From Nageia nagi (Eukaryota > Plantae > Pinophyta), in the NCBI GenBank assembly GCA_050084985.1, contig JBITNC010000001.1, forward strand, positions 63,798,001-63,862,000: a stretch of DNA of 64,000 nucleotides, read 5' to 3'. How positions within the stretch are numbered: position 1 is the first letter of the stretch; each line of letters begins with the position of its first letter. The notes below the pieces were generated by a model. The model was not told the origin of the DNA, made no database searches, and was given only the letters and a program-made list of their open reading frames with translations. Positions 51,001-61,100 of this stretch are shown here, one piece after another. Both the position numbers and the translations under genes were made by a program.

Positions 51001-54000
51001 ATTTATAGCCATTGAAGGCTCATTTTTGAGGAGGATGATCATTTTGCCCAAGAGGGGAAGCTATTGGAATTTTGTTTTAGAACCTTATGACTCTTGTAGG
51101 CAAGTGTTGTGCTTGACTTAATCAAATCAGGAATTGTTTCATTTTATGCGATTGTGGACTTGAGTATTTGTACTAAGTGTTTTCTTATGGTTATTATTTG
51201 ACTTGTGTATATTTCTTGCTGTAAGCTTGTTATATCTTATGAAGTTTTATGATTGCCATTTGATAGACATTGTTCACTCTTTCGCATGTAAATGGATGTA
51301 TGCTAGTAAAATTCTTTCTATGTTGTTTGGCTTGAGATGTTGCCCATGTTATTGTCAATGACAACATTGCTATAGGCTCCTTCTACATGCAATTTGGACT
51401 TGGTCATTTGTGGTAGAATTGGATAGGTGGGTAAACATTTCATAATTAACCCGGGAAGAAAGTGATCTAGCCACTACACCATTGGTGAACTTGTCCCTGA
51501 ATAAACTCACCTCGTATGCCATCATCCCCACTTTGTATTTCCTTTTTCCTGTATCTTGTTATTTTTCTTTTGTTTAGTATCAAAAGTCTATACTTTCAAT
51601 AGGTGTAAGATAGCTCCAATGCCCACAACAAATGTGGTTAACCATTGGTACCTCATATCCCCCCATCGAACATTCCAAGGATAGCTACTATCATAGTCGC
51701 ACAAAAGCCTCTCATGATGCTAGAAACCTTGGGGTAACCAATCCTTTCAAGTGGTGGTTAGTAATGCACCCTCACTCACATGTTGGATGTCCTTTCCCAG
51801 TTATCACTCAGGTGGTTTTCGTAAGTGGAAGGAAAAACACCCCAACAGATTCATTGTAGTTTTGTACAAAGCTACAATATGAACTGGGCTATAATTCACA
51901 TGTTGTTTGTAATTTTTAATGGGAGAACCATTATGAAGTGGCTTTTTAGGATGAATCAAATGCTGCTTGCCTTAGCTTAACAAAAGGTTTTTGCCAAGAA
52001 TGTGCATTCTTGATCCAAGCTCAAACGTTTTTGGATATGTAGAGACTGTCCTTGTCCATTGAGGCAGAAATCTAGGTACTTGCATTCCTGTATTATATTT
52101 CTAGATTCTTGCTATGCCATCATCACCTACAGCTAATATAATGAATATGCGTTTTGAAGTAATTTAAGATCGATCTTTCTGAAAATTGCTTATTTGCTGT
52201 ATGCAATATATTGACGTAGGACATATTGTATCAGATCTGTTGGATACATCAAATATTTTTGGTTTACAGAATACATATCTATAAAGTACTTATACATTGA
52301 TTTGTGCTGGCATATGGTTTCAAACATGACACAAGAAAACCAGATTGCCATGTGATTCTTAGAGCAACATGCTAAGTTATTTGACCATGGAGAGGTCTTA
52401 ATAACTTGACACAGTAGGATCAATTAATATCACTCTTATGTGACTATCAACATGCAGTCACATTTGTGAAGATCCAATGGCCTTCGATGAATAAAATATG
52501 TTAAGGGACATAATGTTTTATCACAAAAATTTAAAAAGCAAAGGGCATCATAGCTAGGTTGGGGCTTGATCAGACCATTATGAAACTTAGCAGAAACACT
52601 CAAGGAAGTATTTGCAAACTAAAATTTGTATAAATATAGAAATAACAAAAATTTGTTCTTTCTTTAAAATTAATTTCATAACTCTAAATATAAAAGACAT
52701 CTGAATATAACCAAACTCATATTTAATAACAAAATGCGATCAAACACTGAACTGCACATAAAAACAGTAAGGAAATGATGTCAATATATAGGATAGTAGC
52801 CACGAAACCCATTATTACTTGGTCTACCCTTGTCGATCTCAAATAAGTCTTGGTAATAGCCATCGGAGTTGAGCAGCAGGCTCTTTTTTCTTATACCTTT
52901 GCCTTTTTCTATGTTTTTGCTAATTCTTTTGACTCCATATCTGTTGTACTTAGCCAAGTGAAGCCCTCCATAAATGTGGGTGTTGGTGTAATGGAGCAGA
53001 GAACAGCAGATAGATTCAATTAACACCCAAAACTAATGAAATTATGTAGAATTGGTCTGCACTCAAATAGATGTGAATTGCTCATATTGGGATGATAATA
53101 CATGCAGATAGAGGCTGTGTATATAACCTTATGCTACTTAATTAGGACCACCCAGCAGGACCTGATCAGCACCTAAACCATTTCAGTTGATTGGGTTCAT
53201 GCAATACAAACGTGACGTTGGATTTGTGCACATATGAATAGAATAATGTAAACAGTAATAGACAACTACTATAAAGTAGATATTATAATCCAATATTCTA
53301 ACAATGGGCCACATAAATTTGTTTGTCTAATATAGAATGGGCCAAACTTTACCCAAGTGAACTTGCCTTGGTGCTGTTTTAATTTTTGTCGATGAAGTCA
53401 AATTGTACAAATCAACTTTTTCACCTTTATTACCCTTATTAGAATTCAAAAATTTATTGGTTTAAACTTCAGACATAGTTGCCCTCACAACTATAGGCGT
53501 TCCATGAACAAGGTTAAACTTTGAGTAGATATCATTTGTACTATTAATTTATTTTATCAATATTGTATAATAAAAACAATTTTGGAGATTTTGAAAGAAT
53601 CAATATAATTTAGGATAAAAAATGCTAACAATTTTAAGGAAAAAGTTCTAATATCATGTTTCATGGAGTAGAACGTTTTTTATTATTATTTTAATGTATA
53701 TAGGTCTTTTAACACTTTTTACTGATCTGTTATGCAGGTTGTTGCAGGCAATTCCAGAAAATGTAGATGTTGAAACCGTTGAGGTCAGATCACATCTTAC
53801 AACATTGGTTTAGAGAGTGTGATGGATGTTTTATTTAGTTTATAATCTTCATGCTAATTTGTGAATGATATCTGGAATTTATCCAAGGTATTTTATGAAA
53901 GTGTTCAATCACAAGTCATAAATGATAAATGGGTGGATCCAATTGCATTGGGAATGATGTTTTGTAGAAATGCTTTTACATAGTCTCAATTATTTATTTA

Positions 54001-54873
54001 GTTACTTTAGTTAAGTGTATTTGATGAAGTCTTTGTATCCAGTGAGAAATAGGGAGGAGAATTCCAGTGAAGCTAATGTCCGTGCCATATTTAAATCATC
54101 ACAAAAAATCTTGATACAAGTCAGATTTTAAAGGTTTTAACTTTTTTTTATTGGTCTTCAATAGTGGATGTTTTCAGTGCTATTGGGTGTCTCTCCAGGA
54201 TTGTTTCTAAATTCTTTACAGGGATTTTATGAATCCTCACAACTTCACATTTATTTGTTAATATTTGAAGAATGATCTCCAAAGTTGTAATAATCTTAAG
54301 TTTTTATCATAAATTTAATCAATTAATGTAGATTTGGTATTCTAATTGAAGCTTTGCATGCACAAGGGCCCTTGCTTCAGAAAGATGTCCCAAAAGGTCT
54401 GCTAGGGAATTCCCTCAACATATTTTATAACTTACAGTTGTCTTTTATACAGACAATGTTACATTTTAGAGTTCAACTGTATAAGCACTGGCAAGTTAAC
54501 TGATGTTAATCTTCAAGTGCTTCTATGGATGAAATGCACATCTAAGATTCTACTTTTGTGCATCTTGTTCTAGGATTTTGTCTCAATTTTTGTTATACAT
54601 TTCTACCAACGAATTTGTGTCATGTGAGAATTTGTTGAGTTAGTTTTTACGAGCTCTGTTGGTTGGACAATTCTTTATTTATTTGTTTCAAGGGTAATTG
54701 CACATTTGTTTCTTTCTCGAAAATAGGATGTTCAGATAATTTTCTTTTTCTTAACTAAATATTAAACATGACATCTTGTGGATTCAATTTTGAATCTTTT
54801 GTATGCATCATTTTCTTACCAGGTAATGCAGCTCAGGGCAGACCCACAGATAATCGTTTGGAAGGGTGGTGCT
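1..54873 (+). CDS. ARP9: Actin-related protein 9 (plant Arp8-like, INO80 subunit); spliced CDS of 11 exons, truncated at both ends by the window
   Basis: Joined exons read [16 protein letters not shown]|[30 protein letters not shown]|[17 protein letters not shown]|[44 protein letters not shown]|[30 protein letters not shown]|[25 protein letters not shown]|[10 protein letters not shown]...[15 protein letters not shown]|[14 protein letters not shown]|[17 protein letters not shown]|[15 protein letters not shown]|[17 protein letters not shown]. No stops and consistent intron phases; colinear with the C-terminal half of plant ARP9 as I recall it. Confidence 0.93.
1339..1477 (+). repeat. 21-bp tandem repeat (agatctgcattgttggagact, about 6 copies)
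   Basis: Directly visible; produces the SALLETR repeat in ORF 1285..1569. Confidence 0.9.
4803..4812 (+). promoter_or_regulatory. Putative TATA box for the LTR-embedded gene of element A
   Basis: ctataaatac followed by a pyrimidine-rich leader, about 850 bp upstream of ATG 5657. Confidence 0.5.
5657..8890 (+). pseudogene. LTR-embedded ORF of unknown function (~1,070 codons, decayed): conserved N-terminal domain, acidic/basic NLS-like linker, coiled-coil-like C-terminus
   Basis: ORF pieces 5657-6058, 6055-6819, 7293-7550, 7605-8123, 8127-8543 and 8571-8786 are colinear with the minus-strand ORF in element B. Confidence 0.8.
9067..9095 (+). promoter_or_regulatory. Putative main LTR TATA box of element A
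   Basis: ctataaataagagatcaagggtctcattt; a similar TATA + gg(t)ctcattt motif lies about 0.85-1.05 kb from the 3' end of the other complete family LTRs (51001, 57173; minus strand 33170, 15780). Confidence 0.55.
10945..11034 (+). CDS. ARP9: ARP9 exon, [10 protein letters not shown]...ILCTE
   Basis: ttcag acceptor; 90 nt; GAG|gcaagt GC donor. Confidence 0.92.
11283..11333 (+). CDS. ARP9: ARP9 exon, [17 protein letters not shown]
   Basis: ttcag acceptor; 51 nt; GAG|gtagga donor. Confidence 0.92.
12028..12720 (+). mobile_element. Truncated LTR fragment related to the LTR at 838
   Basis: TGTAATGTCCCC start; shared gacgaaaaccc, ggatgaaaaccc and gggacgccca motifs. Confidence 0.55.
12930..13760 (-). 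mobile_element. LINE 3' remnant (C-terminal Cys/His domain)
   Basis: [42 protein letters not shown] matches the HxLxIE..RxCxxC..ExExHF..CxxY motif found C-terminal to RT in non-LTR elements. Confidence 0.65.
16190..21016 (-). pseudogene. LTR-embedded ORF homologous to 5657-8890 (~1,200 codons, decayed, interrupted by the LTR at 18175-19400)
   Basis: ORF pieces 20457-20921, 19773-20330, 17671-18123, 17288-17632, 17109-17339, 16683-17072 and 16260-16493; motifs [43 protein letters not shown] and [23 protein letters not shown]. Confidence 0.8.
18175..19400 (-). mobile_element. 1.2-kb solo LTR (chromovirus family of 43147) nested in element B
   Basis: TGTGAG...GGGGATGTCACA; TSD tatct/tgtct (4 of 5 match); homologous to 25448-26663, 36392-37557 and 43147-44634. 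Confidence 0.8.
22066..22502. repeat. Near-perfect tandem duplication of about 220 bp (221 and 216 bp units)
   Basis: aagcatgtcccaaaatccttgcgcctacc... recurs at 22066 and 22287; the second unit lacks 5 bp and has few substitutions. Confidence 0.9.
23550..25447 (+). mobile_element. Small decayed LTR element with two LTR starts, interrupted by F and by the 25448 LTR
   Basis: TGTTAGAAACCTAATCC at 23550 and 25403; purine tract aaggggggggag just before the second copy. Confidence 0.4.
23722..24675 (-). mobile_element. 5' fragment (~950 bp) of another Tat-like hairpin-ended LTR, element F
   Basis: Minus-strand end TGTTGTGCCTGCACAACACCCCC at 24675; carries the same type of inverted-repeat units as element B. 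Confidence 0.7.
25448..26663 (-). mobile_element. 1.2-kb solo LTR (chromovirus family)
   Basis: TGTGATG...CGTCACA; perfect TSD AGTTA (25443-25447 and 26664-26668). Confidence 0.88.
27470..28640 (-). mobile_element. hAT transposase remnant (BED finger and DUF659-type region)
   Basis: Minus strand reads [19 protein letters not shown] (BED), [34 protein letters not shown] (CxxH) and [12 protein letters not shown]; AT-rich intron-like gap near 27925-28050. Confidence 0.8.
29821..29952 (+). CDS. ARP9: ARP9 exon, DISRCLLW...YCKIQ
   Basis: tgcag acceptor; 132 nt; CAA|gtaggt donor. Confidence 0.93.
30034..30383. mobile_element. MITE-like element
   Basis: Terminal inverted repeat tgttgaaa...tttcaaca with repeated gagt motifs and an AT-rich core. 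Confidence 0.4.
30624..30713 (+). CDS. ARP9: ARP9 exon, [10 protein letters not shown]...SSLN
   Basis: tacag acceptor; 90 nt; AAT|gtaagt donor. Confidence 0.9.
32217..35051 (-). mobile_element. ~2.8-kb Tat-like solo LTR without a long ORF, element E
   Basis: Minus-strand 5' end TGTTGTGCCCACAAAACACACC resembles element A; family 3' motif gaaaccttggggtatcaatcctt; TATA at 33170; 3' end and TSD decayed. Confidence 0.7.
35690..36120 (+). mobile_element. Highly decayed Gypsy integrase fragment
   Basis: Remnants VWESIS.DW..GL and [19 protein letters not shown] resemble the integrase core. Confidence 0.5.
36392..37557 (+). mobile_element. 1.17-kb solo LTR (chromovirus family)
   Basis: TGTGACGTACCCC...TTCTACA; TSD agccg/agccc; shares ccccactgtgagccccaagtgggac and gtgggaatcccaagg with the family. 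Confidence 0.8.
40411..40484 (+). CDS. ARP9: ARP9 exon, VPPMGLFYP...PSW
   Basis: tatag acceptor; 74 nt; TG|gtaaga donor, phase 2. Confidence 0.93.
40646..40848 (+). CDS. ARP9: ARP9 exon, [10 protein letters not shown]...[10 protein letters not shown]
   Basis: attag acceptor; 203 nt; G|gtacag donor, phase 1; overlaps ORF 40665..41024. Confidence 0.92.
41232..41275 (+). CDS. ARP9: ARP9 exon, [14 protein letters not shown]
   Basis: ggcag acceptor; 44 nt; CTT|gtaagc donor. Confidence 0.9.
41382..41431 (+). CDS. ARP9: ARP9 exon, [17 protein letters not shown]
   Basis: tgcag acceptor; 50 nt; AG|gtgtgc donor, phase 2. Confidence 0.9.
43147..44634 (+). repeat. 5' LTR (1,488 bp)
   Basis: TG..CA ends; followed by the PBS. 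Confidence 0.9.
43541..43722 (+). repeat. 30-bp tandem repeat (ccacgttggcatgcgtggcaccttagacac, about 6 copies)
   Basis: Directly visible; fewer, more diverged copies at 48410-48530 in the 3' LTR. Confidence 0.9.
44636..44647 (+). other. Primer binding site, tRNA-iMet type
   Basis: TGGTATCGGAGT, 1 nt after the LTR end (consensus TGGTATCAGAGC). Confidence 0.8.
45175..47960 (+). pseudogene. Decayed pol (RT, RNase H, integrase, partial chromodomain)
   Basis: ORF pieces 45175-45492, 45910-46257, 46345-46650, 46553-46882, 46993-47196 and 47411-47815, with stops and frameshifts. Confidence 0.9.
48017..49085 (+). repeat. 3' LTR (1,069 bp, with an internal deletion)
   Basis: Direct repeat of 43147-44634 lacking about 400 bp. 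Confidence 0.9.
50213..50773 (+). pseudogene. Short decayed ORF inside solo LTR D
   Basis: TATA ctataaaagg near 50039, then ATG: [63 protein letters not shown]..., followed by purine-rich coding-like sequence. Confidence 0.5.
53738..53783 (+). CDS. ARP9: ARP9 exon, [15 protein letters not shown]
   Basis: tgcag acceptor; 46 nt; GAG|gtcaga donor. Confidence 0.9.
54823..54873 (+). CDS. ARP9: ARP9 exon, [17 protein letters not shown]
   Basis: accag acceptor; 51 nt; GCT|gtaagt donor; WKGG motif of the actin-fold C-terminus. Confidence 0.92.
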
Positions 54874-55224
54874 GTAAGTATTCCATCTTATAATTATACA
54901 AGTATAGTAATTCAACAACTGCATTACAAATTACTTTGGCATATCCTCTTTTCCTGTTGTGTTGTGGGACTGTTTTTGACTTCAAAAATACAAGGCTTCT
55001 ATTGTGAGATCATGAAAACATAAAGACTGTCATATTGCTTGGTTTCTCTTTCTCTTTCCCTGTCATGCACAAAAACCTTTCATAGAAATGATAATGAATT
55101 TTTTGATTCTTAATCAGTCAAAAACTTGTGGATGAAAGGAGGAACCCATCTTTTGATCCAGCTCACATTTCTATCTATCTCCACTAATATTCTTGTTTTG
55201 ACAATATAGCTTATGATTCCATCA

Positions 55225-55562
55225 CTAGCTGGAAACAAGTCACGTAGTTTCCGAAACGGGAATGCTTGGAAACGTGATCCCTCTAAAATGGGTACACTGG
55301 GGAAACGTGTAATATAAAAAATAAAATATATATATATATATATCTCAGTTTTTTTTAAAATACCACATTGGCTTGCAAAAAAATAAGAATGATATGCATA
55401 AATAACATTTTAGAAGGATTACCATGTCTATTATCTCCCATAGATGATTACATGATGCAAAATCCAAAATAAATCTTTATAGATGAGGCTTTACAAGTTT
55501 CCGAGTTTCGGGAGGTTTCCAAAATGGAAACGTGAATGTTTTACAAGTTTCCTGTAACTTAG
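55225..55562. mobile_element. MITE-like (hAT-derived) element
   Basis: Clustered ggaaac/gtttcc motifs at both ends; 3' end gtttcctgtaacttag; (TA)n core. Confidence 0.4.
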
Positions 55563-55571
55563 TGTAGAACC

Positions 55572-58088
55572 TGTTGTGACTAAAACAATGCTGCCCCAAA
55601 ATCTTGCGATTTTTGGGGACCCTCAATGCATCATGTATATAGTTCATTATGTCGTCATTTGGTCCCACCCAAGTTGTTTCACAAAGACCTGCATTCATGA
55701 ATAATCCCTCTTTGGTTCAAACCTCGTTCTTCACCTAGGGTTAGTCATACCAAGTTAGAAATCTGGAAAATCTTGAAACTAAGTTTGGGAAAATGTAAAG
55801 TCAACTTTAGGAGAACCAAGGAGTCCAGGAAGAGTCGGAGCCCGATCAAGTCAAACTGGGCATCTCCAAGGGTTGGCACATGTTTCAAAAAGACAAGATC
55901 TTGTCTTTTGAAATCATGCAAATGGGCCTGGAGGCCGTCCAGGCTGGAAGGAAGACTCAAAGATGGAATTTGGGTACTTGCAAGCCCAACGCATGCCTCC
56001 GAGGGACAATATCTTGTCTTTTTTGGGCATGCACTAGGCACAGGAAGCAGATTGGAGCACGGAAAATCTAAGGCAAAGACACAAGAAGGTTGGTTCATGG
56101 TTTCAAAAGACAAAATCTTGCCTTTTTGAACCATGCGACTTGGCCAAGAGGAGGAACTGAGCAAGAGAACCTAAGGCACTCAGGAAGCTGGGGCATGCCT
56201 CAAAAAGACAAAATCTTGTCTTTTTGAACCATGTGCCAAGCTTGGAAGGTCTGCTAGTTCGAACAAACAAAAAAAAATCGACAAGTCATGAAGCCCAAAA
56301 CCTCAAGGTCCAATCAAGCTCACCCAGGAGGGCTAGCGCATGATCTCAAAACACAAATTTTTGACTTTTTGAGGCATGCACCAAGCCCAGGAAGCCTCCA
56401 GGATCGAACAAGGATGAAAATTTGACAGGCATGAACACTTGAGCACCAAATCATGAAAATTAGGCCATCTGGAGGCTGGCGCATGATTCAAAAGACAATC
56501 TTGTCTTTTTGAACCATGCGACCAGACTAGACAGGCAGGCAAGGACTGGTGCATGCCTCAAAAAGTCACAAACTTGACTTTTGGAATCATGCGCCAAGCT
56601 CACAGGCTACCCAGGTTGAGATGAGAGATCAAAATTGTCAAGTCCAACCAATAGGAAGACCAAAAATCAGGAGAAATCAGGTTACCGAATGAGTTTGGTG
56701 ATCAAGGCAGGTGAGCATACATTTAGGAGACCCAACGATGGGAGTATACTCGCCCTCAGGGTTGGCGCATGATTTCAAAAGTCACAATTTTGTCTTTTTT
56801 TCTCATGTGCCAAGCCAGTTTGACCTCTAAAACCCCAACGTTCAGGCACATGTGGGCTTTTATGAATTTTTGTGCTACATGTGTTGGAGCTTACAGCTAA
56901 GTTCCTAGACGATGACTTAGAGGGACATGTTGAGGCGTTGGGCCCACCAACCGCCTAGTCACATTATTTGTTTTTATTATATTTCATAATCATTTTACAG
57001 AAACTTTATTTATTTGTTAATAAATTCCCAAGTTTGTGATGGATGAGGAGTTGCTCCCACAAACTTGGAGGACACCTTGTAATGCCATGTGGCAATGTTT
57101 GAGTGGACCACTCATTATTTCTTGGAACTTGCAATTAGGGTTAGGGCAACACATAGGGGTGCCCTAAAAACCATTTATAGCCCACTAGGGCTCATTTATA
57201 GAGGATTAGACACTTCGCATTTGTGAGAGACTTAATATTATTGCCAACTAAACAAGTTTACTCCATTTGTGAATGTGGTGTGACTTCAAGTAATTGAATG
57301 GTGAATGCTTTCATTTTGATGGGACTATGAATGTTGCTTATACACTTTGAGTGGATGAATGCTATTGCTATCTTCTTTCACTTGAGTTGCTTGGATCATC
57401 TCATAAACCTCATTGAGGTGGATGAGAGTGTAGTTGAATATCTTCCGAAGTGATTTGAGTAAAACTTGACTTGTGATAAGTTCATAGTTTGCATAATTAG
57501 ACTTGTGCATTTTGTGATGGCTATCTCTTATGATGCTTAGGTTCGGAAATTCAATCCACAGTCGAAGATCTATCCACGACCTACCTTCTTCCACGCTTGC
57601 CATTGCTTTAGGCTCCTTTTACTAGTCCATTTGTGTTGTTGGCTAGTAGAGTGGATGTGGATTGTGTGAAACCTAAATCAAGCCCGAGAGAAGCAGATCC
57701 CAATCCTATGTACATGTCGATGAGACCATATGCACCTATGCCCGATTCATACACCATGATCTAATCTACTCTTTTCCTTTATTTTTCACTTTTTTTCGCA
57801 TAGCTTTCGCAACCTAATTTTCTATTTTGTTTGAGAAACAACGACTTTTTGGAGATAGGGATCCTTTGAGTCCTTGGTTAACAAATCACATTTGAGTTGG
57901 GAACAACTTCAAACATCTCGACTAGTCTCCTGAGTAACCTCTTGCACACCCCATCACAAGATCTTTGAGTTAACCAATCCTCATAGCGGATAGGAGTCAC
58001 GCCCTATCACTTAGGCGTTGGTGTCTTCCTGCAAGCCTTGCAGGACCATTTGCCCATTAGCAAGGTAGGAAAGAAAAAGCCCCCAACA
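55572..58088 (+). repeat. 5' LTR of the TatII element (2,517 bp)
   Basis: TGTTGTG...GGAAAGAAAAAGCCCCCAACA, followed by a 5-nt spacer and the PBS. Confidence 0.85.
55876..56812. repeat. Array of 8 palindromic ~45-bp units with variable spacers
   Basis: Consensus GCGCATG-n-TCAAAAAGACAA-n-TTGTCTTTTTGA-n-CATGCGC near 55876, 55990, 56093, 56192, 56336, 56479, 56549 and 56764. Confidence 0.85.
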
Positions 58089-58093
58089 TAAAT

Positions 58094-58110
58094 TGGCGCT
58101 AGAAGGAGGG
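58094..58110 (+). other. Primer binding site, tRNA-Asn(GUU)
   Basis: TGGCGCTAGAAGGAGGG is complementary to the plant tRNA-Asn 3' end (CCCTCCTTCTAGCG-CCA, from recall). Confidence 0.8.
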
Positions 58111-58164
58111 CCTTGAACTGTTTCTTTTTCAGTAAAGCTTGTTTCTCTATTTTATCTTGTCAAG

Positions 58165-61100
58165 ATGGGACCTAGAAAAGCTCTGTCATATAACTTGATG
58201 TCAAACATGGATAAAGCTCAACCTAAAGAGGAATTGGAGAGCTCCCAAGAGACCAGTGAAGCTCGTATTCAAAATCTTGATGACACCTCCATTTCTACCT
58301 CATCAAATGCTTCAATCACTAGTCCCAGCTCATCGAAGCGCTTGATTCCTCTCCTGACCAATACACAACCAAGTTTCCAAAACCAACTTGTTGTGCAAAC
58401 ACAATCTTCATCACAACCACAACAAGGTCCTCAACCACAAGTTGGAGCTAATCCGTAACAAAGGAGAAGAATGGCCAATCCACCTTTTGCGCCTCCCGCC
58501 TGGTTGAGATCAAGTCCTATCAGTGTTTTTGGAGCTCGGAATGAAATCCCAAAGGATTAGTAGAAACACTTTCAGAAGGACAACCCTAATAGCCTCACGT
58601 TAGCGGAAGACCACATCTAGTTGTATATCGACACATTGACCAGACTCTACATTGAACATGAGGATGTGGCATGCGGAATGTTTCCATCCACTCTAGAGGG
58701 CCGCGCCCGAGATTGGTATCTCAGGCTCACTTCAAGATCTATCACATCATGGACTTAACTAGAAGAAGCATTCTTGCAAAGATTTCAAGTACCGGTGGAT
58801 CCGGATGTATTATATCACCAGTTTGTAACTAATAAAAAGTTACAAGGTGAACCAGTTAGGAATTTCAATGATAGGTTCTAGAATGCTTATGGAAAAGCAG
58901 TGTAGCTCCATACTGTCTCTGCTGCCAAAGCATTATGCATGTACATACAACCACTTGATCCCCTCACAACAGCCTTCATAAGAAGAGAAGCGGGTACCAT
59001 GACACTACAACGGGCTTATGCCTCTGCAGCTACTATTGAAAGGCAACTTACTCAAAATATTGAGGGAGAAAAGGCCACCAATCTCATGCATTTGTTGGGT
59101 AATTTGAGCGTGAATGCTGCTACTATTCCTTCACAACCTGCTACTCTAATTCCTACACAAGCATCATTACCAAATATCCCAATGACTTCAAACGCAGTTC
59201 AGCCTAACCCCTTGGCCCTCACTCATACCACACATTCTTCTCCATTCGTTCCGGTACCCAATAACCCCACTTCATCCACTTCATTGTCGTCCACTCCACT
59301 GAGAATTGACCACATCACCCAACTCATCACTCACTTGTCACAACCTTCCCATCCTAACCCCACGCACAATCCTTCAGGGCAAGGAGAGCTTAACGTGCTC
59401 AAACAATTCTTGGGCTTGCTCGCAAAAGACACAAAGGATCTTGAGCTGCCCAAGAAAGACCAACAACTTGTTAAGAAGGAATAAAAACTCGCCAGGCGAG
59501 AAAGGTAGTTGGCCAAGAGGGAAAAGGATTAGGATGACTTCAAGACACTCCTGACTAAAATGGTGGAAAACAATAGATGTCATAACAATGTAGGGTTCAA
59601 TCAATAGCCTGCACCCAATAATGATCGCCAGCACAATCCCAACTTTCAGAGGGGAAACAAACATTGGAACACTGGTCCTAACAATGGCACAGGTGTAGTA
59701 CCCAATCCAATAACAAGAGATCCAAGGCCCTCTCAAGTAAATAACACTGATTTGACAGAGATTGCGTTAACCACTTGGTGTAGGATTCACAATGTTGCCC
59801 ATTCAGAGGTTACTTGTCCAGAGTTCACTTGCACTATCAATATGCTTCACCAAGGAAGGAACAATTAGGAGCTCATGCAACCAGATGAATCCGAGTTCCC
59901 AAATACCCACACTGACACTTTAATGTTTGAGGTGTACACAACGATTGAAGATGAGTCACAAGAAGTACCAGAGACTACCCCAACCATCTCTCAGCCTGTT
60001 TTTGCTACACAAGAGAATCCTAGGAGATTCGGTTATGCTTTCAAGAGAAGGGATCGAGAGCCATTGACCGAGCCCAATCCTCCTAATGATCTCCAGGTGC
60101 CTCCAAATCAAGTGTCTTCAAATAATCCCCCTCCACCTAGCTCGGTTGCACAACCAAGCATTCTTTAGAGACAACCAATGTCCAGTATTCCTAGACCCCA
60201 ACAGGCCCAACCATTACAAGGGAGAACCCTTCATCAAGGCCAGATGGGGAATACTAGTAAGAAACAGACCCAAGCTGGGGAAGAGTTGAGTGAGACCCCT
60301 TTTGACATCATGGAGTCTCTAAAGCATGCTAAAATCAGTATGAACCTGATGGATTTATTGGAGTATGAAAAGCCTCACGAGCAGGTCATTAATCATCTCA
60401 AATCTAAGCGGACACAGAAGAAAGAATGGAGGAAAGTTTCAGAACAACAAGTGCAATTAACTTCCCCACCAGCTGTTGAAGACCCTGTGGTTTCTTACGT
60501 CCAAATGGCTCTGGAGAAAGCTAAGACACATAGGCCAAGAAGAGCAATTCCTCCATTCTTGATCACATTGAGGGTGGCCGGTAAGAACTTCATAACTGTA
60601 TGATGGACTCTAGTGTAGGAGCAAACATAATGCCATGGGAAGTTTGTAAGGCATTGAACCTACCCATTGTGAATAGCCTTGATGGTATCACTCAACTGGA
60701 TGACACGCCAGTGAAAGTAGTGGGAATGATCCACAACTTACGCAACCAGATTGCGTCCGAACCAAGAATTAAAAGAGATATAGATGTAGAAGTGTTTCAT
60801 ATACCACCCAAGTATGGGATGTTGCTTAGCAGAGATTGGTCAGAGATGTTGAATGGATTTTGGTCCACGTGTTTTAAGTATTTATGGCTACCATGGAGAG
60901 GCTTGCCCAATCAAATTAAGGTACAAGGAGAGCCATACCTTAGAGACCTCATCACCGACTATAACAACATCAATCAAGTAGTAGTAGTAGAACGAGATTT
61001 GGGTATTTATTGCCTTGAAGTTAATAGACCATCTTCTACTGCCAATCCTACCCTACCCCCATGTCCTACTCCTACCATTGTCAAAACCAAGCAACTAGAG

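Larger units (their letters stand above)
42597..51847 (+). mobile_element. Tat-like solo LTR, element D (~3.3 kb without the nested Gypsy)
   Basis: TGTTGTGGCTTCTACAACA...CCCCAACA; perfect TSD GATTC (42592-42596 and 51848-51852); family 3' motif aaccttggggtaaccaatcctttc. Confidence 0.87.

Noticed and set aside
55876-56812. CRISPR-like palindromic repeat/spacer array
   Set aside because: Eukaryotic LTR context, degenerate repeats, very uneven spacers and no cas genes; kept as an LTR cis-array instead
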